DNA of 56,053 nt, from positions 1-56,053 of the forward strand of contig JANLOX010000374.1 in NCBI GenBank assembly GCA_031366795.1. Direction: 5' to 3'. This document shows, piece by piece, positions 49,750 to 56,053 of the stretch (position 1 is the stretch's first letter; each line of letters opens with the position of its first letter). Position numbers and translations under genes: made by a program. This stretch comes from Candidatus Eiseniibacteriota bacterium. GTDB taxonomy: Bacteria; Eisenbacteria; RBG-16-71-46. The notes beneath the pieces were generated by a model. The model was not told where the DNA came from, ran no database searches, and was given only the letters and a program-made list of their open reading frames with translations.

Positions 49750-50718
49750 ATGCGCACCTACATCCTCAAGCGAATCCTGCAGATTCCGCCGTTGCTGCTC
49801 GGCATTTCGGCACTGACGTTCCTGCTGTTGCAATTGGCGCCGGGCGATTTTCTCAACCAGATGGCAGAAAATCCCGCGGTATCGCAGGCGACGATCGAGG
49901 CAATGCGGCACCGCTTCGGTCTCGACCAGCCGTGGTACGTGCAGTACGGGATCTACCTGAAGAATGTCCTGTTCCATTTCGACTTCGGGGAATCGTTCTC
50001 GCGGCACCAGCCGGTATTCATGGTGCTGCGCGAAGGGTTGGCGAATACTTTGCTGCTCGCGGTGGCGGCGGCGGCGGTGACGTGGGGACTCGCGATTCCG
50101 CTCGGGGTGTGGGCGGCGGTGCGGCAGTATTCGTGGGTCGACAAGACATTGTCGCTGTTCGTGTTCATCGGGCTATCGATCCCGGAAATCCTCTCGGGGC
50201 TCCTGCTGCTGATGTTCGCGGCGCGCACCGGGTGGTTCCCGGTGGGAGGCATGCGCTCGCTGGACTACGACGATTTCGGGTTCGCCGCAAAGGTGATGGA
50301 CCTGGGCTGGCACCTGCTGCTGCCGGCGATCGTCGTGGGACTCGTTCCGCTGGCGAGCCGTATGCGCCAGATGCGTGGCAACCTGTTGGACGTGCTGCGG
50401 CTCGACTATGTGACCACCGCGCGTTCCAAGGGACTCGATGAGCGCGTGGTGATCTTCAAACATGCGCTGCGCAATGCGCTCAATCCGATGATCACCTTGT
50501 TCGGCTACACGCTCGGAGCGCTGGTTTCCGGTTCGTTCGTGGCGGAAATCATCTTCTCGTGGCCTGGCCTCGGCCGCATCACGCTGGATGCGATCCTGAC
50601 GCAGGACCAGTATCTCGTGATGGGGGCGGTGCTGATGGCTTCGGTGGTGCTGGTGCTGGGCAACCTCGTCGCCGACCTGATGCTGGCGGCCGCCGATCCG
50701 AGAATCAGCTATGACTGA
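49750..50718 (+). CDS. Peptide ABC transporter permease (OppB/DppB type)
   Basis: FGLDQPWYVQY, DFGES, DYVTTARSKGL, HALRNAL, FSWPGLG, DPRI. Confidence 0.93.
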   Translation: MRTYILKRILQIPPLLLGISALTFLLLQLAPGDFLNQMAENPAVSQATIEAMRHRFGLDQPWYVQYGIYLKNVLFHFDFGESFSRHQPVFMVLREGLANTLLLAVAAAAVTWGLAIPLGVWAAVRQYSWVDKTLSLFVFIGLSIPEILSGLLLLMFAARTGWFPVGGMRSLDYDDFGFAAKVMDLGWHLLLPAIVVGLVPLASRMRQMRGNLLDVLRLDYVTTARSKGLDERVVIFKHALRNALNPMITLFGYTLGALVSGSFVAEIIFSWPGLGRITLDAILTQDQYLVMGAVLMASVVLVLGNLVADLMLAAADPRISYD

Positions 50719-51849
50719 CCTGTTCACGCCACTGCGAATCAATCCGCTTGATGTCGAAGCGGCGGCCGTGCCCCAGTCGCCCGCCCGCATCTTCTGGCGC
50801 CAGTTGCGCAAGAGCCCATTGGCGATCGGTGGGGGCGGGCTGCTGGCGTGCTTCTACCTGTGCGCGCTGCTGGCGCCGTTCATCGCGCCCTACGCGAGTG
50901 ACGAACTCGATCGCGAGCGCTATTACCATCCCCCGCAGCCGCTCCACTGGATCGATACCGAGGGGCAGTTTCACCTCGTTCCATTCATCTACGCGACGCG
51001 CATCACCGATCCCTCATCCTTCCGTTACGAGGAAGACCGTTCCCGACGGGTGCCGGTGAAGTTCTTCGCGCGCGGCGCAGAGTACAAACTGTGTGGATTG
51101 ATCCCGACGGACCGCCACTTGTTCGGCGTGGAGCTTCCGGCGCGGCTGTACGTCATGGGCACGGACTCGTTCGGACGCGATGTGCTGTCCCGCCTGCTGT
51201 TCGGCGCCCAGGTCTCGCTGACCGTTGGGCTCATCGGCATCGCCATCTCGTTCTCACTCGGCATGCTGCTGGGCGGGATCTCGGGCTACTTCGGGGGTGC
51301 CGCGGACACCCTCATCATGCGTTCGACGGAGTTGCTTCTCAGCATTCCCTCGTTGTACTTGATCATCGCGCTGCGCTCGATCTTCCCGGTCGACTTGCCC
51401 AGCCAGCAGATCTACCTCGGGATTGTCGTTATCCTCGCCTTCATCGCCTGGGCGGGACTGGCGCGCGTCATCCGCGGGCTCGTGCTGTCGATTCGCCGCA
51501 ACGAGTATGTGACCGCCGCCGAGGCGCTCGGCATGAGCCGCTTTCGCGTCATCACGCGGCACATCCTGCCCAACACCATGTCGTTCGTGATCGTCGCCGC
51601 GACCGTTTCGATGCCAGGTTACATCCTCGGCGAGGTGGTGTTGTCGTTCCTTGGGTTGGGCGTCCAGGAGCCGAGCGCATCATGGGGCAACATGCTGAGC
51701 CAGGCGCGCGGCATTCGCGCGCTCACGTCGTTCCCGTGGTTGCTGTTCGTTCCAGGATCCGCGATCTTCCTGACCGTCATGGCATTCAACTTTCTCGGTG
51801 ACGGCCTGCGCGATGCCCTTGATCCGCGCCGGGTGTCCGGAGGCAAGTC

Positions 51850-51853
<4 letters not shown>
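50711..51853 (+). CDS. Peptide ABC transporter permease (OppC/DppC type)
   Basis: [51 protein letters not shown]. Confidence 0.93.
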
Positions 51854-52865
<1,012 letters not shown>

Positions 52866-52869
<4 letters not shown>

Positions 52870-53909
52870 CCCTGAACCCGAAACAGGACGGCGCGACGCC
52901 GCTGCTGGAGGTCACCAGCCTCAAGAAGTACTTCCCCATCCGCAAGGGTCTGCTGTCACGCGTCGTGGGCCAGGTCAAGGCGGTCGATGGCGTGTCGTTC
53001 TCGGTGTATGAGGGCGAAGTGCTGGGACTGGTGGGAGAGAGCGGCTGCGGCAAGACCACGACGGGACGCTGCATCCTGCGCCTGATCGAGCCGACCGAGG
53101 GCAGCGTCAAGTTCATGGGCCGCGAGATCATCGGGCTGCCGCGCTCCGAGATGCGCGCCCTGCGGCGCCAGATGCAGATCATTTTCCAGGATCCCTACTC
53201 GAGCCTGAACCCGCGCCTCACCATCGGCAGCATGCTGGGCGAGGCGCTGAGCATTCACGGGCTGGCGAGGGGCCAAGCGGCGCGGGATCGCGTCGCCGAG
53301 CTGCTGCAACTGGTGGGGTTGTCACCGGCACACGCCGCGCGCTACCCGCATGAATTCTCGGGTGGCCAGCGCCAGCGCATTGGTGTCGCGCGCGCGCTCG
53401 CCGTCAGCCCAAGACTGATCGTCGCCGACGAGCCGGTTTCGGCACTCGATGTCTCGATCCAGGCGCAGATCGTCAACCTGCTGCGCGACCTGCAGCGCCA
53501 GATGAAACTCACCTACCTGTTCGTCGCGCATGACCTGTCTGTGGTCGAGCACCTGAGCGATCGCGTGGCGGTCATGTACTTGGGCCGCATCGTGGAACTC
53601 GCGGAGAGTGCCTCGTTGTACCGCGGGCCCAAGCATCCCTATTCCGTCTCGCTGCTTTCCGCGATCCCGGTACCCGATCCAGACCGGCCGCGCCAGCGCA
53701 TCGTGCTCAAGGGCGATGTGCCTAGCCCCGCCAATCCCCCGACGGGCTGCCACTTCCATCCGCGTTGCTTCATGGCGCAGGAGCGCTGCGCGAAGGAAGC
53801 GCCGCTGTTGCGCGAAGTCTCACCGGGGCACTGGTCCGCGTGTCACTTCGCGGAACAGGTGAGCTCCGAACTGGCCATCCTCACTGGAACAGGGCTCCAG
53901 GCGAAGTAG
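52866..53909 (+). CDS. Peptide ABC transporter ATP-binding protein (OppF/DppF type)
   Basis: [42 protein letters not shown]. Confidence 0.95.
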
Positions 53910-53912
53910 GCG

Positions 53913-53951
53913 GGCGAGGTTTGGGGGAAATCCCCAAACGCCTGGGTGTTT
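53913..53951 (+). terminator. Hairpin right after the oppF-like stop (possible terminator or 3' stabiliser)
   Basis: GTTTGGGG-GAAAT-CCCCAAAC stem; weak, offset T tract. Confidence 0.45.
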
Positions 53952-54103
53952 TCGGGCGCGCAACCGTCGGTTTTGGTGCCTCGACACGTGCTTGTGCGCG
54001 GCCGCCGCGTGCCGCGCCGGTTCACGCGCGAGCCCCTAAGCCCCAGTGCCGGCAACGAGTTCACCCGGTGTTGCCCGCCCGCGCCCTACCGCTTACCAGG
54101 TTC

Positions 54104-54118
54104 CGGCATCGCGATTGC
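54104..54118 (+). promoter_or_regulatory. Putative sigma54 (-24/-12) promoter
   Basis: CGGCAT-CGCGA-TTGC, exact GG-N10-GC spacing, intergenic. Confidence 0.45.
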
Positions 54119-54230
54119 GAATACCTCCTGTGTACGCGGTCACCGCAGCGCACGGCCCAAAGCACTGAGGTCCGGACGCGCCAAACGTGGCCCAGCGAAA
54201 AAATTGAATACCGATGTGTTCCCTGAGCGA

Positions 54231-54426
54231 CTCGTGATCGGACGGCGTTGGGCTGATCCCCCTATCGAGAGCGAAGGAGTCTGATTGACCGTCGCACGGT
54301 CGATTCGGGGAACCTTATAGTCGGGCCCCGATCTCGCGGCTTAAGCCAACCACACCACGGCAAACGCCAGCTCCGCGAACGGGGCCCTTGATTTGTCGCG
54401 AGCCGTCCGTCCTCCCGTCACGCGAG
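54231..54426. ncRNA. Candidate structured RNA, family unknown
   Basis: Nested inverted repeats: 54239-54246/54402-54409, 54284-54304 hairpin, 54323-54330/54380-54387, 54334-54339/54373-54378. Confidence 0.3.
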
Positions 54427-54483
54427 CTCCCCCGTGGCGAGAAGTCCCGCGTCAGCCCCACAGGATTCCACGCCCGCCGCCCG

Positions 54484-54512
54484 TTGACCCCTCCGGGCTT
54501 CCCTGCTAGCGT
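54484..54512 (+). promoter_or_regulatory. Putative sigma70-type promoter for the BMC operon
   Basis: TTGACC-N17-TAGCGT with extended TG. Confidence 0.55.
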
Positions 54513-54580
54513 GCCACCGTTGACTCGGCAACTGCCGCAGCCACAACACCATCACGCTCACCGAAGGTCGGTCGTCGACT

Positions 54581-54886
54581 GTGCCACGCGAGTCCCTCGG
54601 GCTGATTGAAACGCGCGGGTATGTGGCCGCCGTAGAGGCCGCGGACGCAATGTGCAAAGCCGCTCGGGTGAGTCTGTCGCGCATGGAAGTCACTCGCGAC
54701 GCGATGGTCACGGTGGTGGTGCGGGGGACGTTGGCCGATGTGGAAGCTGCGGTAGCTGCAGGTGCTCGGGCCGCGGCACGAGTCGGCGAACTATTACGGC
54801 AACACGTGATTCCGGCGCCGGACCGAGACCTCGATCCGACGCTTCTCTCGCCCGATTCGTCAGGGGCCGGCACGGACCGCGAATAA
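54581..54886 (+). CDS. Bacterial microcompartment hexamer shell protein (BMC-H), divergent
   Basis: [41 protein letters not shown]. Confidence 0.9.
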   Translation: MPRESLGLIETRGYVAAVEAADAMCKAARVSLSRMEVTRDAMVTVVVRGTLADVEAAVAAGARAAARVGELLRQHVIPAPDRDLDPTLLSPDSSGAGTDRE

Positions 54887-54896
54887 GGAGATTCAC

Positions 54897-55199
54897 ATGT
54901 CGGAAGAAGCCCTGGGACTGATCGAAACGCGTGGTTTCGTCGCCATGGTCGAAGCCTCGGATGCGATGGTGAAGGCGGCCCGCGTTCAGGTGGTGCACTA
55001 CGAGAAGATCGGTGGAGGTTACGTGACGACGATCGTGCGCGGTGATGTCGCCGCAGTGCGCGCGGCCACCGAAGCCGGCGCTGCAGCCGCCGCGAAGGTC
55101 GGCGAAGTCGTGTCGGTCCACGTCATCCCGCGTCCGCACGCGATGCTCGAGGACGTGCTGCCGATTCGCGTCCGCGAAGTCACCGGATCCAAGAAGTAG
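54897..55199 (+). CDS. Bacterial microcompartment hexamer shell protein (BMC-H, EutM/PduA-like)
   Basis: [51 protein letters not shown]. Confidence 0.96.
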   Translation: MSEEALGLIETRGFVAMVEASDAMVKAARVQVVHYEKIGGGYVTTIVRGDVAAVRAATEAGAAAAAKVGEVVSVHVIPRPHAMLEDVLPIRVREVTGSKK

Positions 55200-55206
55200 G
55201 CGCGAG

Positions 55207-55515
55207 GTGATTCTCGCCCAGGTCATGGGCACGGTGGTGGCCACTCGCAAGGATCCCGCGCTGATGGCGCTCAAGCTGTTGCTGGTGCGTGAAGTGAACG
55301 CCCAGTTCGAGCCCGCCGGTGGAGGTGTGGTGGCCGCCGACGCCGTCGGTGCGGGTGAGGGCGAGTTGGTGCTGGTCGCGCAGGGTTCCTCGGCGCGGCT
55401 CACCGATGTGTCCCGCGACAAGCCCGTGGATGCCGTCATCTGCGGCATTGTCGACACCGTCGAGCGGGATGGGCGAGATGCCTACAGCAAGCGCACGGGA
55501 GCCGTTCGCTCGTGA
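55207..55515 (+). CDS. Bacterial microcompartment vertex protein (BMC-P, EutN/CcmL family)
   Basis: AQVMGTVVATRK, KLLLV, VAADAVGAGEGELVL, GSSAR, PVDAVICGIVD. Confidence 0.95.
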   Translation: MILAQVMGTVVATRKDPALMALKLLLVREVNAQFEPAGGGVVAADAVGAGEGELVLVAQGSSARLTDVSRDKPVDAVICGIVDTVERDGRDAYSKRTGAVRS

Positions 55516-55544
55516 TGCGCCAACGCCGGGGCTCCCACTAGGCC

Positions 55545-56053
55545 ATGTCGATCGACGAACGCCGCATTCAGTCGATCGTGGCCGACGTGCTGGGCCGCCT
55601 GGAGGGCGCAGAGCCCAAGGGGAACGGCGCACCCGCGACCGCGCCGTTGGGTGTGCACGCCGATCTCGAGACGGCGATCACTTCGGCGTTCGCGGCGTTC
55701 CAGGCGTTCGACGGCACGCCGCTCGATACGCGCAAGGCGATTGTCGCATCGATCCGCGAGACGCTGACCGCGAATATTGATAACCTCGCGACGCTCGCCG
55801 TGGAAGAGACCGGGCTCGGCCGGGTCGACGACAAGCGCTTGAAGAACAAACTCGTCATCGACAAGACGCCCGGCCCCGAGGACCTCGAACCCATCGCCTG
55901 GACGGGGGATCACGGGTTGACGCTGCTCGAGCGGGCGCCGTATGGACCGATCGCCGTCATCACGCCGGTCACGAACCCCTCTGAGACCATCATCAACAAC
56001 GGCATCTCGATGATCTCCGGCGGCAACACGGTGGTGTTCTGCCCGCACCCGAA
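55545..56053 (+). CDS. CoA-acylating aldehyde dehydrogenase (EutE/PduP-like) with N-terminal encapsulation peptide; runs off window end
   Basis: Not in the ORF track because there is no stop. Hand translation: MSIDERRIQSIVADVLGRLEG...AVEETGLGRVDDK..KN...KTPGPEDL...TGDHGLTL.ERAPYG...TPVTNPSET..NN..SM...GNTVVFCPHP. Confidence 0.92.
   Translation, partial: MSIDERRIQSIVADVLGRLEGAEPKGNGAPATAPLGVHADLETAITSAFAAFQAFDGTPLDTRKAIVASIRETLTANIDNLATLAVEETGLGRVDDKRLKNKLVIDKTPGPEDLEPIAWTGDHGLTLLERAPYGPIAVITPVTNPSETIINNGISMISGGNTVVFCPHP

Noticed and set aside
54215..54430. 6S RNA or c-di-GMP-I riboswitch assignment for the structured intergenic region
   Set aside because: CCCTG..TCGTGAT and GGCAAAC fragments are suggestive, but the 6S closing stem and symmetric rod, and the riboswitch GAAA/GACGCAAA elements, are missing. 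Left unassigned.

Overview
Gene-dense, GC-rich chromosomal segment from a diderm bacterium. Gene content suggests the FCB group or a candidate phylum such as Eisenbacteria, but this is inference only. In order, the window holds: (1) a lipid A/LPS cluster (Gfo/Idh/MocA fragment, lpxB, DUF374/LpxJ-like acyltransferase, waaA, lpxK, msbA, two GT9 heptosyltransferases, an extended gmhB), with nadB, a small hypothetical and an archaeal-type proS embedded; (2) a minus-strand TPR membrane protein/DUF4388 pair; (3) asnS and a GT-C-like membrane glycosyltransferase; (4) a PstS-like lipoprotein, TPR, STAS, exbB, exbD, exbD, tonB operon; (5) Yip1, TolC and a MacAB-type exporter; (6) uvrA; (7) tdh, a TonB_C lipoprotein, kbl; (8) gcvT and gcvH, then eight uncharacterised genes built around an orphan GlmL/MutL-family ATPase and an FN3-DUF6754 membrane module, closed by a lipoyl ligase; (9) an Opp/Dpp peptide ABC transporter; (10) a structured 670-bp intergenic region; (11) the start of a bacterial microcompartment locus (2 BMC-H, BMC-P, EutE-like dehydrogenase with encapsulation peptide). 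The best candidate for an undescribed system is the GlmL/DUF6754 cluster (39721-46989), which sits where gcvP is usually found. No rRNA, tRNA, CRISPR array or mobile element was recognised. All family calls come from motif recognition by eye, not database searches.
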